Assembly (NCBI GenBank): GCA_965249725.1
Contig: CBDFMQ010000002.1
Location: 672,001-736,000, forward strand
DNA: 64,000 nt
Direction of reading: 5' to 3'
From: Longimicrobiales bacterium
Lineage (GTDB): Bacteria; Gemmatimonadota; Gemmatimonadetes; Longimicrobiales; Gaopeijiaceae
Shown: positions 1 through 10,481 of the stretch, piece by piece
How positions within the stretch are numbered: position 1 is the first letter of the stretch
How the letters are laid out: each line of letters starts with the position of its first letter
The notes under the pieces: generated by a model
What the model saw: the letters and a program-made list of their open reading frames with translations, nothing else
Told to the model about the DNA's origin: nothing
The model's database searches: none
Made by a program: the position numbers and the translations under genes

Positions 1-398
1 AAGCGCAGGCGACCACGTACTCGACTGAAACCGGTGAGACCACCGAGGTCCAGAACCGTCCGTCCGCCAGGCGCCGTCCGAAGCGGCATCCCCTCCCCGA
101 GGCCATCGCAGAGAAGACGGGCGCGAAGGCTGACGGCGCAGAGGAAACGAAGGAGACCGCCGAGGAGATCGCCGAGGAGATCGCCGAGGAGACCGCCGAG
201 GAGACCGCCGAGGAGACCGCCGAGGAGACCGCCGAGGAGACCGCCGAGGAGACCGCCGAGGAGACCGCCGAGGCTGCCGAGACCGCCGCCGAGTCGAAGG
301 ACGAGGCGCCGACTGCCGAGGCAGGGGACGAGGATGCGGCCGAAGCGGGGGACGCGACCGCCGAAGCTGAAAAGGGCGGGGCCGAGTCGGAGTCCTGA
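1..398 (+). CDS. rpsB: 30S ribosomal protein S2, C-terminal acidic extension (5' partial)
   Basis: Frame from nt 3 is open to TGA 396-398 and reads AQATTYSTETG..RRRPKRHPLPEAIA..(ETAE)n. It lies directly upstream of tsf, the conserved rpsB-tsf order. The S2 core is outside the window. Confidence 0.75.
   Translation, partial: AQATTYSTETGETTEVQNRPSARRRPKRHPLPEAIAEKTGAKADGAEETKETAEEIAEEIAEETAEETAEETAEETAEETAEETAEETAEAAETAAESKDEAPTAEAGDEDAAEAGDATAEAEKGGAESES
153..272 (+). repeat. 10 x 12-bp tandem repeat GAGA(C/T)CGCCGAG encoding (ETAE/EIAE)10
   Basis: Counted directly in the sequence. Confidence 0.95.
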
Positions 399-460
399 GT
401 CACGGTACCACACCTCGGTCTACGGCCGCGGTAACCCGCCTTGGTTGTCTCAGGGCCGAT

Positions 461-498
461 AGAGGCGGAGCGGTTGGGCGCTCCCGCCTCTTTCTTTT
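461..498 (+). terminator. Intrinsic terminator/attenuator between rpsB and tsf
   Basis: AGAGGCGGAGCG..CGCTCCCGCCTCT stem followed by TTCTTTT. Confidence 0.75.
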
Positions 499-535
499 AG
501 TCAAAACAACAACTCGAGTAACACGGACCTAACGA

Positions 536-1135
536 ATGTCGATTTCAGCGAAAGACGTGAAGGCCCTCCGCGATAGAACCGGTGCGGGCATGATGGATTG
601 CAAGAAGGCGTTGGTCGAGACCGATGGCGATCTCAAGGCGGCCATCGACCTGTTGAGGGCCAAAGGCGCGGCCAAGGCTGCCAAGAGGGCCGAGAAGTCG
701 GCGAACGAGGGCACCGTCGGTTCGTACGTCCACTTCGACAACCGCACTGCCGTCATCGTCGAGGTCAATTGTGAGACGGACTTCGTTGCGAACACCGATG
801 ACTTCAAGCAGCTGGCCAAGGATCTGGCCCTGCATATCGCCTCGGCGGCGCCGTTGGCAGTGGCGCCCGAGGACATCCCTGCCGAGATCGTAGCGCGGGA
901 ACGCAGGGTCTACGAGGAGCAGGTCAAGGAAGAGGGCAAGCCCGAGAACATTGCCGATAAAATAGTTGAAGGTAAGCTCGGTAAGTTCTTCAAAGAGAAC
1001 ACCTTACTACCGCAAGCCTTCGTGAAGAACCCCGATCAGACGATCGAACAGTTGATCACCGAAACGTCTGCAAAGACGGGTGAGAAGATCGAGGTCGGCC
1101 GGTTCTCCCGGATCAAGGTCGGCGAAGGAGATTGA
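536..1135 (+). CDS. tsf: Elongation factor Ts, short 199-aa form
   Basis: [16 protein letters not shown] and [10 protein letters not shown] motifs. Confidence 0.97.
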   Translation: MSISAKDVKALRDRTGAGMMDCKKALVETDGDLKAAIDLLRAKGAAKAAKRAEKSANEGTVGSYVHFDNRTAVIVEVNCETDFVANTDDFKQLAKDLALHIASAAPLAVAPEDIPAEIVARERRVYEEQVKEEGKPENIADKIVEGKLGKFFKENTLLPQAFVKNPDQTIEQLITETSAKTGEKIEVGRFSRIKVGEGD

Positions 1136-1866
1136 ACAGCGAGATGGCTGCGAACCCTGATCTGAAATACCAACGGGTCCTACTCAAGCTCTCGGGCGAG
1201 GCTCTCGCCGGGGACCAGGGCTTCGGGATCGAGCCATCGGTGGTCGATCGCCTCACCGACGAGGTGGGGGCGGTTCACGGCATGGGTGTCAGCCTCGGCC
1301 TTGTGATTGGCGGGGGAAACATCGTTCGCGGGGCCTTGGCGAGCCAGAAGGGCATGGACCGTGTTCAGGCAGACTACATGGGCATGCTCTCGACGGTGAT
1401 CAACGCATTGGCGGTGCAGGATCTGCTGGAGCGTAAGGGCGTTGCGACCCGGGTGATGACGGCTATCCGCATGGAGGAAGTGGCGGAGCCGTACATCCGT
1501 CGACGCGCCCTCCGGCACATGGAGAAGGGCCGGGTCGTGATTTTTGCCGGTGGGACGGGCAATCCCTACTTCTCCACCGACACTGCGGCCGTGCTACGGG
1601 CCATCGAGATGAGCTCCGACGTGGTCATCAAGGCCACCAAGGTAAAGGGCATCTACAGTGCCGACCCCGTGCAGGACCCCTCGGCAGAGTTCATTCCGGA
1701 GATTACTTTTCAAGAGGTTGTGACCCGGGAGCTGGGGGTCATGGATGCCGCTGCGGTATCCCTCTGTAAGGAAAACGGTCTTCCGATCATCGTACTCAAT
1801 CTCGAGGACCGTGGAGCCGTTTTCGCTGCGATTCGGGGAGAGCAGGTCGGCACGCTTGTTTCCTAG
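1132..1866 (+). CDS. pyrH: UMP kinase (alternative start ATG 1144)
   Basis: [32 protein letters not shown]. Confidence 0.97.
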   Translation: MNSEMAANPDLKYQRVLLKLSGEALAGDQGFGIEPSVVDRLTDEVGAVHGMGVSLGLVIGGGNIVRGALASQKGMDRVQADYMGMLSTVINALAVQDLLERKGVATRVMTAIRMEEVAEPYIRRRALRHMEKGRVVIFAGGTGNPYFSTDTAAVLRAIEMSSDVVIKATKVKGIYSADPVQDPSAEFIPEITFQEVVTRELGVMDAAAVSLCKENGLPIIVLNLEDRGAVFAAIRGEQVGTLVS

Positions 1867-1925
1867 GTTCCGATTGGGATGTCCCGCTGGTCGGGCTCGA
1901 GCAAAACTCACGTAGAGAGGTGGCC

Positions 1926-2474
1926 ATGTCGTTGAAGAAAGCCAAGTCACGGATGGACGACGCCATCGAAGCGTTGCGCCGTGAGTTCGCCACCGTGCGA
2001 ACCGGCAAGGCGACTCCCGCCCTCCTGGATACCGTCCGGGTAGACGCGTACGGTTCGAAGATGCCACTGAATCAGGTGGCGAACGTCGCGGCGCCGGAGG
2101 CCTCTCTGCTTGTGGTTCAGGCCTATGACAAGGGGCTCTTGGCCGACATCGAACGGGCGATCATGGCGGCCGACCTCGGTCTCAATCCGGCCAACGACGG
2201 CAACCTGATCCGGGTCCCGATTCCGCCGCTCAACGAGGAGCGTCGCAAGGAATACGTCAAGCTGCTGCACCACATGGCTGAAGAGGCCCGGGTCTCCGTC
2301 CGGCATGCCCGCAGGATCGGCAACGAGGACATCAAGCAGGCCATCAAGGATCACGAGACGGGAGAAGACGAGGGCCATCGCGAACTCGACGAGGTTCAGA
2401 AAGAGACCGATCAGTACTCTCAGAAGATCGAAGATATGCTCGAGCTCAAGGAGAAGGAGGTGATGGCCATCTAG
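1926..2474 (+). CDS. frr: Ribosome recycling factor
   Basis: RTGKATPALLD, LGLNPANDG, IPPLNEERRKE; AGAGAGG upstream of ATG 1926. Confidence 0.96.
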   Translation: MSLKKAKSRMDDAIEALRREFATVRTGKATPALLDTVRVDAYGSKMPLNQVANVAAPEASLLVVQAYDKGLLADIERAIMAADLGLNPANDGNLIRVPIPPLNEERRKEYVKLLHHMAEEARVSVRHARRIGNEDIKQAIKDHETGEDEGHRELDEVQKETDQYSQKIEDMLELKEKEVMAI

Positions 2475-2523
2475 AGGGTCGCACCCGGTTCACCGCGACT
2501 CACTCGACTGGCCGCTCTCCCTT

Positions 2524-3270
2524 ATGGTGCCTTCGGACCTGCTTCAGCAAATCCGTGTTCACGGACAAATCCCCCGCCACGTGGCCATCATCATGGATGG
2601 CAACGGACGTTGGGCGAAGCAGCGCCATCTGCCTCGTGTGGCGGGCCACAAGGAGGGCATGAAGGCGGTCCGGGAGACCATCGAAGGCGCTATCGACGCA
2701 GGCATCGAGATCCTTACGCTTTTCGCTTTCTCGACCGAGAACTGGCAGCGTCCGCGCAATGAGATCACGGCTCTTATGGGCTTGTTGCGATTGTACGCCA
2801 CCCAGGAGAGGGCCGAACTCAAGCAGCAGGGCGTCGGCGTTCACGTGTTGGGCAACGTGGATGCGTTGGATGCTTCCACTCGCGCCGCCGTGGACGAGAT
2901 TGTCTCGGAGACGACGGGGGGACTCAATCTCCGCTTGAACCTCATGATCTCCTACTCGGGCCGCGAGGAGATTCTCCGGGCATGCCGGGGTATGGCGGAG
3001 CGCGCGGTCGCGGGCGATCTCGATCCGGGTGACATCGACGAGGAGACCTTCGGCGACAACCTCTTCACCCAGGGTCTGCCCGATCCGGACCTCCTGATCC
3101 GGACCTCGGGTGAACTGCGGCTCAGCAATTTCATGCTGTGGCAGCTCGCCTATACCGAGATGCACATCACTCCCGTCCTATGGCCCGATTTCTCACGGGC
3201 CGATCTCTTCCGGGCCCTCTTGGACTATCAGGAACGCGACCGACGTTTCGGTCGTGTTCCCGTCAGCTGA
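2524..3270 (+). CDS. uppS: Undecaprenyl diphosphate synthase
   Basis: HVAIIMDGNGRWA, FSTENWQRP, LIRTSGELRLSNFMLWQ. Confidence 0.97.
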   Translation: MVPSDLLQQIRVHGQIPRHVAIIMDGNGRWAKQRHLPRVAGHKEGMKAVRETIEGAIDAGIEILTLFAFSTENWQRPRNEITALMGLLRLYATQERAELKQQGVGVHVLGNVDALDASTRAAVDEIVSETTGGLNLRLNLMISYSGREEILRACRGMAERAVAGDLDPGDIDEETFGDNLFTQGLPDPDLLIRTSGELRLSNFMLWQLAYTEMHITPVLWPDFSRADLFRALLDYQERDRRFGRVPVS

Positions 3271-3285
3271 GAGCGGCTTCGGCCC

Positions 3286-4161
3286 ATGCCCAAAGGGGAA
3301 CTGGCCAGTCGCTTGACCGTCGCGGCCATCGGGATTCCGGTGGCGGTGATGATCATCTATTGGGGCGGCTGGTTTCTGGGCATCATGATTGCAGCGGTCG
3401 CGGGCCTCTCGGCCGGAGAGTACTACTCGCTCGCAGCAGCAAAAGGAGCCAAGCCACTCCGCTGGGTCGGCATCCCGCTGGCGATGCTCTTGCCGGTCTT
3501 GGCCACGGTCCATCCGACCTATCACGATTTCTCCCAAGTGGCATTCACGGTAGTGCTCGTGGCCAGCATGTTGGCCGTGGCCCTGGTGCTTTGGCTGCGC
3601 TGGCCGGACGGGCAACCTCTTACCGCTGCGGCCACGACTATCGGTGGAGCGCTCTACACAGGGGGCACCCTCTCGTTCTGGATTCTACTCCGGGCCCTGC
3701 CCGAGCAGAGTTCCGCTGCCGCGACGGCTTTCGATGGTGCCGTTCTGCTCATTTTCCCGATCTGGGTGACCTGGCTCGGAGACAGCTTCGCCTACGGACT
3801 CGGTACCCGGTTCGGCAAGACCAAGCTGATCGAGTCGGTGAGCCCGAAGAAGACCATCTTGGGCTCCTTGGGCGGTCTCGGGGGATCGGTAGCGGTGGGT
3901 GCGCTCTATTCGTGGCTTTGGCTTTCCGGTGTCCCCGTCTTCGGCCTCTCCCTGCTCGGAGCCGCTGGGGTGAGCGCCTTGATCTCTCCGATAGGCCAGA
4001 TAGGCGACCTTGCTGAATCGGTTATCAAACGGGAGGCCGGCGTGAAGGACTCGAGTAGTCTGCTACCGGGACACGGGGGGGCGCTCGATCGCTTGGACGC
4101 GCTGTTCTTCACCGTCCCGTTTACTTATGCGCTCCTCATCGTGGTTCAGCACTTGTCGTGA
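3286..4161 (+). CDS. cdsA: Phosphatidate cytidylyltransferase
   Basis: Multiple TM segments; SPKKT..G, GDLAESVIKREAGVKDS, PGHGGALDRLD. Confidence 0.96.
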   Translation: MPKGELASRLTVAAIGIPVAVMIIYWGGWFLGIMIAAVAGLSAGEYYSLAAAKGAKPLRWVGIPLAMLLPVLATVHPTYHDFSQVAFTVVLVASMLAVALVLWLRWPDGQPLTAAATTIGGALYTGGTLSFWILLRALPEQSSAAATAFDGAVLLIFPIWVTWLGDSFAYGLGTRFGKTKLIESVSPKKTILGSLGGLGGSVAVGALYSWLWLSGVPVFGLSLLGAAGVSALISPIGQIGDLAESVIKREAGVKDSSSLLPGHGGALDRLDALFFTVPFTYALLIVVQHLS

Positions 4162-5324
4162 TACGCGTCGCCATTCTCGGATCCACGGGTTCCATCGGCC
4201 GCGCCACGCTGTCGGTGATCGAGCGCCACAGCGATCGCTTCCGGGTGGTGGCTCTAGGCGCCAACCGGTCGGTGGCCGCCCTAGCCGCCCAAGTGAAGGC
4301 GCATCAGGTCTCTCGTGCAGTGATCGCCGACCCGGACGGGCTTGCAGGCGAAGTAGATCTGCCTTCCGCGGACTGGAGAACCGGCCCCGACGAGATGCTG
4401 GCGTTGGCTACGGACCCCGATGTGGATGTCGTGGTGAACGCCATCGTGGGGTCCGTGGGGTTGGAGGCCACGCTCGCGGCGCTCGGATCAGGCAAGCGGT
4501 TGGCCCTCGCCAACAAGGAATCGCTCGTAGCCGGCGGTGCGTTGGTCATCGAAGCCGCTCGTTCCGGTGGTGGCGAGCTGATACCGATCGACAGCGAGCA
4601 CTCTGCCATCCTCCAATGCCTGGAAGGGACCGACGTGTCCGCGGTGACTAGGCTGGTGCTCACCGCATCCGGGGGACCGTTCCGAGGGTTGACCCGAGAC
4701 GAGTTGGAGACCGTGGCGCCTAGCCAGGCTCTCCGGCACCCCACCTGGGACATGGGCGTGAAAATCTCGATCGATTCGGCGACATTGGCCAACAAGGCGC
4801 TCGAGGTGATCGAGGCCCATTTTCTATACGACATGGGATACGACGCCATCGACGTGGTGGTGCATCCTCAGTCCGTGGTGCACTCCATGGTTGAGTTCAC
4901 GGACGGTTCGGTGCTGGCCCAAATGGGGTTTCCGACTATGGAGCTCCCGATCCTGTACGCGCTCTCGTATCCGACGCGCGTCGGTGATCCCGAGCTGAGG
5001 ACCTTCGACCCCATTCGCTCGTCTCCGCTGACGTTCGAAGAGGTCGATTTGGAGCGGTTCCCCTTGTTCGCCCTCGGCGTCGAAGCAGGAAGACGAGGCG
5101 GTACCGTGCCGGCGGTCTTCAACGCCGCGAACGAAATCGCCGTAGATTCTTTTCTTGCGGAAGAGGTTGGATTCCTCCAGATGGCAGACGTTGTGGCCCA
5201 CGCGATGGAGAGCGTGCCCCAACGAAACGTCGGGGTCGTAAGCGACGTACTGGAGGCAGATGTCGCCGCGCGAAGAGCGGCACTCGAATTCGTTGGGTCG
5301 GCACGATCATTGGCCGGTGGTTGA
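4158..5324 (+). CDS. dxr: 1-deoxy-D-xylulose-5-phosphate reductoisomerase
   Basis: ILGSTGSIG, LANKESLV, PIDSEHSA, HPTWDMG. Confidence 0.97.
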   Translation: MIRVAILGSTGSIGRATLSVIERHSDRFRVVALGANRSVAALAAQVKAHQVSRAVIADPDGLAGEVDLPSADWRTGPDEMLALATDPDVDVVVNAIVGSVGLEATLAALGSGKRLALANKESLVAGGALVIEAARSGGGELIPIDSEHSAILQCLEGTDVSAVTRLVLTASGGPFRGLTRDELETVAPSQALRHPTWDMGVKISIDSATLANKALEVIEAHFLYDMGYDAIDVVVHPQSVVHSMVEFTDGSVLAQMGFPTMELPILYALSYPTRVGDPELRTFDPIRSSPLTFEEVDLERFPLFALGVEAGRRGGTVPAVFNAANEIAVDSFLAEEVGFLQMADVVAHAMESVPQRNVGVVSDVLEADVAARRAALEFVGSARSLAGG

Positions 5325-5393
5325 TTTGTATCGGGATAATGGTGTGAGCGCCGTTGGGCATGGGGCGCTCGCGAGAGGGATATTGGAGAACGA

Positions 5394-6752
5394 ATGACGA
5401 TTCTGGCGACCATCGTTGTACTCGGTGTTCTTATCTTCGTCCACGAGCTGGGCCACTTTCTGGCGGCCAAGTCCGTAGGCGTCGAGGTGCAGCGTTTCTC
5501 CATCGGTCTGGGCCCGACCATCGTGGGCTTCCAGAGGGGTGAAACCGAGTATGTCGTGAGTTGGATCCCCCTGGGCGGTTACGTGAAGATGGGGGGAATG
5601 GGCGATGAGGTGATGGATCGGCTGGAGGGTGGCGCGGTCAACGAACCGCGGCAGCCCTCCCCCCGCGATTTCGACAGCAAGCCGATTTGGGCCAGGACCT
5701 TCGTGATCTCGGCCGGCGTGATCATGAACATGGCCTTCGCCTTCGCCGTGTACGTCGCCGTGAACGCGGTGTGGGGCCTGGCCGAGATCGCCGAGCATAG
5801 GATCGCGCGTGTGGAAGCGCAGGTGCTTCCCGAGGGAACCGAGATGCTCGCCGGCCTCGCCGAGGGTGCACGAATCGTCCGCGTGGGTGAGCGGGACGTC
5901 GAGCATTGGGGTGACATCCGCGACGGCTTGATCGAGGCGCCTGCCGGACCGCTTGCAGTGGTGACCGAAGAGCCTTCAGCGACCGTCTCTATCGACCTCG
6001 GCATGGACCCCGATGTGAGGGTTCGACTGCTCGGGGCCCTCCGGCTATGGGTCGAGCCCGAGGTGGGGTTGATCAATCCGGGCACGCCGGCGGACAAGGG
6101 CGGTCTCGAGGCTGGAGATCGGGTTTTGACGGCCAACGGCGTGTCGATCACCCACTGGTACGACTTCGTGGACGTCATCGAGTCGAGGCCGGAGATGCGC
6201 ACAGAGTTGGCGCTCGAGCGGGGAGGTCGAGCGCTCACTCGTTACGTCACGCCGGATGCGGTGAGTCAGGAAGATCCGATCACCGGGGAGACGGTCCTGG
6301 TGGGCAAGGTGGGGATCTACCCTGCCAGGACCGAATTCGCGTACCAGTCCGTTTCCTTGGCTCGGGCCGTCCAGCTCGGATGGACCGAGACGGTGGGCAT
6401 AAGTGGGCTGATCCTCGGCTTCTTGCGGGATTTGGTGACCGGCGGGGTTTCGCCCCGTTCGGTGGGGAGTATCGTCACGATCGGTGCGGCATCCGGCCAA
6501 GCGGCGCAGATGGGACTCGAGACCTTCTTGCGATTCATGGCCCTGTTTTCGGTGAACCTCGCGATTCTGAACCTCCTGCCCATTCCCATCTTGGACGGTG
6601 GGCACCTGGTGTTCCTAGGAATCGAGGCGGTGCGGGGCAAGGCCCTATCGATCGAGCAGCGTCTGCGCTGGAGCCACGTCGGATTCCTCGTCGTGATGGG
6701 AATCATGCTCTGGGCCCTGTCCAATGATATTCTGAGGCTCTTCGGTCTCTAA
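5394..6752 (+). CDS. rseP: RIP metalloprotease RseP (M50 with PDZ domains)
   Basis: HELGH, IPLGGYVKM, NLLPIPILDGGH. Confidence 0.95.
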   Translation: MTILATIVVLGVLIFVHELGHFLAAKSVGVEVQRFSIGLGPTIVGFQRGETEYVVSWIPLGGYVKMGGMGDEVMDRLEGGAVNEPRQPSPRDFDSKPIWARTFVISAGVIMNMAFAFAVYVAVNAVWGLAEIAEHRIARVEAQVLPEGTEMLAGLAEGARIVRVGERDVEHWGDIRDGLIEAPAGPLAVVTEEPSATVSIDLGMDPDVRVRLLGALRLWVEPEVGLINPGTPADKGGLEAGDRVLTANGVSITHWYDFVDVIESRPEMRTELALERGGRALTRYVTPDAVSQEDPITGETVLVGKVGIYPARTEFAYQSVSLARAVQLGWTETVGISGLILGFLRDLVTGGVSPRSVGSIVTIGAASGQAAQMGLETFLRFMALFSVNLAILNLLPIPILDGGHLVFLGIEAVRGKALSIEQRLRWSHVGFLVVMGIMLWALSNDILRLFGL

Positions 6753-6780
6753 CCCGACCGCGACCCATCGGGATTCGATC

Positions 6781-7602
6781 CTAGAGAAACGTCAGCTGCG
6801 CGGGCCCCATCCGTTGCCGTAGTTCCTCGATGTCGATGAACTCGGTCGGCTGCTCCTGGGGAGCGACTCCCAGGAACCCCTGGTAGCCCGCCGCCCGGAG
6901 AGCGTCTCCCACCACGGTCTCCGCGAGTTCGGGCCGATTGCACTCCTGAGAGAGATGAGCGAGGAGTACGCCGGCCAGCCTCGGGTGCAGCAGCTCGCAA
7001 GCGAAGCGCGCCGCAGCGTGATTCGAGAGGTGCCCATGGCTCGAAGCGATGCGCTGCTGGACTGCCCATGGATAGGGACCGGTCCGGAGGAGCTCCTCGT
7101 CGTGATTGGCCTCGAGGATCAGAAAATCGGCACCCGCCAGTGCCAAGCGAATCTGCGCGTTCGGCCTGCCCAGATCGGTGGCCACGCCCACTCGGGTTTC
7201 CGTCGTCTTATCGACTAAAGCCACGGCCACAGGATCCGCCGCATCGTGCACGGTCAAGAAGGGCTCCACACGGATGGCCCCGATCTCGAAGTGGTGTCCG
7301 GCTCGATACGTCACCGTGGGTTCCTCACCGCGAAACACCTTCGAACAGGCCGACAAGGTGCGCTCCGTCAGGTAGACGGGCGTTCCGTGTCTTCGGCTGA
7401 AGATTCCGGCGCCCCTCGTATGATCACCGTGGTCGTGGCTGATGACGATGGCGTCGATGGCCTCGGGCGTCAGGTCGATTTGGGCGAGGCGCCGTTCGAG
7501 GTCCCGTCCGCTGAAGCCGGCGTCCACGAGCACGCGCGTATCACCGGCCTCGACCAACGTCGCGTTCCCGGCGCTTCCGGTCCCGAGTACACAGACCTTC
7601 AC
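6781..7602 (-). CDS. MBL-fold metallo-hydrolase (YycJ/WalJ-like)
   Basis: GSAGNA, SHDHGDH, HDAADP, LEANHD, HGHLSN, AHLSQECN. Confidence 0.88.
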   Translation of the reverse strand: MKVCVLGTGSAGNATLVEAGDTRVLVDAGFSGRDLERRLAQIDLTPEAIDAIVISHDHGDHTRGAGIFSRRHGTPVYLTERTLSACSKVFRGEEPTVTYRAGHHFEIGAIRVEPFLTVHDAADPVAVALVDKTTETRVGVATDLGRPNAQIRLALAGADFLILEANHDEELLRTGPYPWAVQQRIASSHGHLSNHAAARFACELLHPRLAGVLLAHLSQECNRPELAETVVGDALRAAGYQGFLGVAPQEQPTEFIDIEELRQRMGPAQLTFL

Positions 7603-7660
7603 CGGCTAGGCCCGGGCCGCCGGATAGGGTGGATGCCGCGCGTCGCGACGGGCTTGGGTT

Positions 7661-8872
7661 TCACGAACGATCCGACCGTGTGGCCTCCCATGCCCGCGTC
7701 AGGAGCGTGCGGGTCTGGTCGGTAAGGGGCTGGTCTCTACGACCCATCGTGCGCTCGGCGACCTCGAGAAAGCGGTCGAGATCGTACTCCTCCAGTGCGT
7801 CGCCGGACCCCCAGGTGAACGGAGGGACCGACCGAGCGGGGATGAGCCCGCCAAACAGGTTGCTGCCCGCCCCGACGACGCCTCCCGTGGACAGCAGAGT
7901 GCCGATGCCGGTCTTGGCATGATCCCCGATCATGCATCCGACCTTGATGAGGCCCGTGTCAATCCGTCCCGTTGCGGTGGGCACCCGGACCGTGCCGTAG
8001 TTGTTCTTCAGATCACTGTTGGTGGTCAAGGCCCCGAGGTTCACCCACTTCCCGAGATAGGAGTGACCCAGATACCCGTCATGGGCTTTGTTGGAGTACC
8101 CCAGCACCACCGAGCTCGCGACTTCGCCGCGCACCTTGCAGCCGGGTCCGATGCCCACCTCTTGGAAAGCGCCGCCGAGCAGGTGAGTCCCGGGCCCCAC
8201 GAAGGCGGGACCCGCCAGCCGCGTGAATGCCTGCACCTGCACGTCGTCCGAGAGTCGGATGGGTCCGTGGGTAGCGTCCAGGTGGACTCCAGCCTCGAGA
8301 TGCACCCCGTGGCCCACCGAGATGCGTTCGCCGCCCGCGCAGTGGACCCCGTCCGGCAGTGAGAAGCGGCTCTCTGGGAAAATGGTGGATACATCCTGGC
8401 GGATCTGTTCTCCGTTACCGGCTATCAGATCCCAGGGATGTTCGAGTACCCGGCCTTGGATTTCCACGACGGACTCGTCCCCAATCGCTGGATCGGGACC
8501 GAGCAGGTCACTCTCCGAGGGCGGGGGGCCGCCGGGTGGTGTGATCCACCCCACCGTCTGCCCGCCCATCACCAGCCTGGCCGGTACATCGGTAGGAGGA
8601 ACCGGGTTGAGATCGGGGACCGCCCGACTCGAGAAAAACACGAGCGGCTCATCGCCTCCGTCGGGGACGCCATCGACGACCGGCGGTGCTCCGTCTTCGT
8701 CGAACCCGACAAGGGTCGGAGCAGTGAACTGTCCGGTGCAGGGCGTGCCCCAGAACCGTTCTGCGCGCTCCCGCAGCAAAAGGCAGCCGAAGAGCAGCTC
8801 CCCCGCGGGCCTGGTCGTGGCGAACGGCGCCCAACCGCGGGCTTGTGCATCATCGAAGAGGTAGAGGGCCAT
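7661..8872 (-). CDS. GlmU-like putative sugar nucleotidyl/acyl transferase (FCB-type) with hexapeptide beta-helix
   Basis: PFATTRP N-terminus; SNKAHDGYLGHSYLGKWVNLGA..NSDLKNNYG. Confidence 0.82.
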   Translation of the reverse strand: MALYLFDDAQARGWAPFATTRPAGELLFGCLLLRERAERFWGTPCTGQFTAPTLVGFDEDGAPPVVDGVPDGGDEPLVFFSSRAVPDLNPVPPTDVPARLVMGGQTVGWITPPGGPPPSESDLLGPDPAIGDESVVEIQGRVLEHPWDLIAGNGEQIRQDVSTIFPESRFSLPDGVHCAGGERISVGHGVHLEAGVHLDATHGPIRLSDDVQVQAFTRLAGPAFVGPGTHLLGGAFQEVGIGPGCKVRGEVASSVVLGYSNKAHDGYLGHSYLGKWVNLGALTTNSDLKNNYGTVRVPTATGRIDTGLIKVGCMIGDHAKTGIGTLLSTGGVVGAGSNLFGGLIPARSVPPFTWGSGDALEEYDLDRFLEVAERTMGRRDQPLTDQTRTLLTRAWEATRSDRS

Positions 8873-9963
8873 CAGGCGGGCTCCTCGCCCTGCTGCAGTT
8901 CGGGAGGCAGTTGGTCCAAGAGGCCCTTCAGGCTAGGCGCCAGCTCTCTGCGGGTCACGAGCGTCACATCTCCGGAGCGGACGATGACGAGGTCCTCCAC
9001 TCCGTAGGCCACGACAGTGCCCTCAGGGGAGTACACCACGTTTCGCGCGCTCTCGACCAGATGCCCACTCCCTATGAGCACGTTGCCGTCGTCGTCCGGT
9101 TCTTGGCTGCGCATCAATGCCTCCCAGCTGCCTACATCGTCCCACTCGAAGGTCGCGGCGACGGACGCCACCCGACCACTCCGCTCCAGTACGGCAACGT
9201 CGACCGTCGTGATCGGAGCTCGATCGAAGAACTCATCGACCCGACCCTCTTCCAGGAGCGGGAAGAGGTCTGCGATCTCCGGGGCGACGGCCTCGACTTC
9301 TTCCAGGAAAGTCGAGGCTTTCCATACGAAGATACCACTATTCCAGAGGTGCCCCGCGGCCACGTACGACTCGGCTGTCTCGGCATCGGGCTTCTCCCGG
9401 AACGAGGCCACTCGGAAGGCCCTCGCTCCCGAACCGCTCGGAATCGGTTCACCCGGCTCGATGTACCCGTATCCCGTCTCGGGCCGAGTCGGCGGGACCG
9501 CTACCGTGAAGAGGAGGTCCTCTCGGCGGGCCAGGTCCGCCGCCGTGTGCATCAGCTCGACGAAGTCGGATTCCGGCCGAATCATGTGATCGGCGTGGAG
9601 CGAGATCAACACGGCGTCCGGTTCGCGCTTGGCCAGTTCCCACGCGGCCCAAACGAGCGCCGGGGCCGTCCCGCGGGGCTTCGGCTCGATCATGAGGCCG
9701 GCTCGGCCCAGGTCGGGCAGGGCTGCCTGAAAGGCCTCAGCGAGCCTCGGTCCGGTCAGGATCTGCACTCTGTCGGCAGACACTACCTGTTGGGCTCGCC
9801 GATAGGTGTCGACGATGAGGGGGTCGGGCGAAGCAAGCGACAGAAGCTGCTTGGGCCTTGCCGGAGTGCTTGCGGGCCAGAAACGACTTCCGACCCCGCC
9901 AGCCAGAATCGTGATGTAGAGCTGAGGGTCAGGATCCTTGGAGGATCTCTTGGATTCTGGCAA
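8872..9963 (-). CDS. manC: Mannose-1-phosphate guanylyltransferase (TTG start, overlaps upstream gene)
   Basis: ILAGGVGSRFWPAS..PKQLL, ADH, PETGYGYI, WNSGIF, WDDVGSW. Confidence 0.9.
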   Translation of the reverse strand: MPESKRSSKDPDPQLYITILAGGVGSRFWPASTPARPKQLLSLASPDPLIVDTYRRAQQVVSADRVQILTGPRLAEAFQAALPDLGRAGLMIEPKPRGTAPALVWAAWELAKREPDAVLISLHADHMIRPESDFVELMHTAADLARREDLLFTVAVPPTRPETGYGYIEPGEPIPSGSGARAFRVASFREKPDAETAESYVAAGHLWNSGIFVWKASTFLEEVEAVAPEIADLFPLLEEGRVDEFFDRAPITTVDVAVLERSGRVASVAATFEWDDVGSWEALMRSQEPDDDGNVLIGSGHLVESARNVVYSPEGTVVAYGVEDLVIVRSGDVTLVTRRELAPSLKGLLDQLPPELQQGEEPA

Positions 9964-10330
9964 GAAGCTTCTTCGGGCTGAAGGGCTTGGTCAGGAAGTC
10001 GTTCGCTCCAAGGGAGAACGCCTGCTCCCGGTCTGCATCCTGTCCTTTGGCGGTGAGAATGACAACGGGAGTGGACTTGCGGTGCTCCAACCCGCGCAGA
10101 TGGCTCAGGACCTCTAGTCCGGTGGCTCCGGGCATCATGATGTCCAACAGGATCAGGTCGTAGTGCGATTCACCCTCGAGCGCTTGGATCGCCGCCGTGC
10201 CGTCGGGCTGGAGATCCACTTGGAAGGTGGCTGACTCCAGAAGGGTCTGGAGAATCCGTCGAATATGGGGTTCGTCGTCGGCCACCAGAATGTGCCCGCT
10301 CGGGGCGGAGGACTCGGCCACGTCAGGCAT
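9929..10330 (-). CDS. Single-domain (CheY-like) response regulator
   Basis: LVADDE, LLDIMMPG, LTAKGQ, KPFSP; GAGGAG upstream of ATG 10330. Confidence 0.92.
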   Translation of the reverse strand: MPDVAESSAPSGHILVADDEPHIRRILQTLLESATFQVDLQPDGTAAIQALEGESHYDLILLDIMMPGATGLEVLSHLRGLEHRKSTPVVILTAKGQDADREQAFSLGANDFLTKPFSPKKLLARIQEILQGS

Positions 10331-10366
10331 CGATTTCGGCTCCTCACTGGGGCGATGTTGGGGCGG

Positions 10367-10449
10367 GAACCTACCCGCCAAACGGTGTAGAAGTCAAGGA
10401 ACTTCACGGACTTGCAGGGTTGACACCCTCGCCTTGATTCGGGTAGCCT
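10367..10449. promoter_or_regulatory. Back-to-back sigma70-type promoters
   Basis: + strand TTGACA(10420)-18 nt-TAGCCT; - strand TTGACT-18 nt-TAGGTT. Confidence 0.55.
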
Positions 10450-10481
10450 TGGGCCTCCATTTCAACCGAAAAACGCCTTAA

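Noticed and set aside
34..462. 142-aa Arg/Pro-rich ORF with RRPP repeats
   Set aside because: Out-of-frame shadow of the rpsB tail repeat; the acidic frame fits gene order and codon usage
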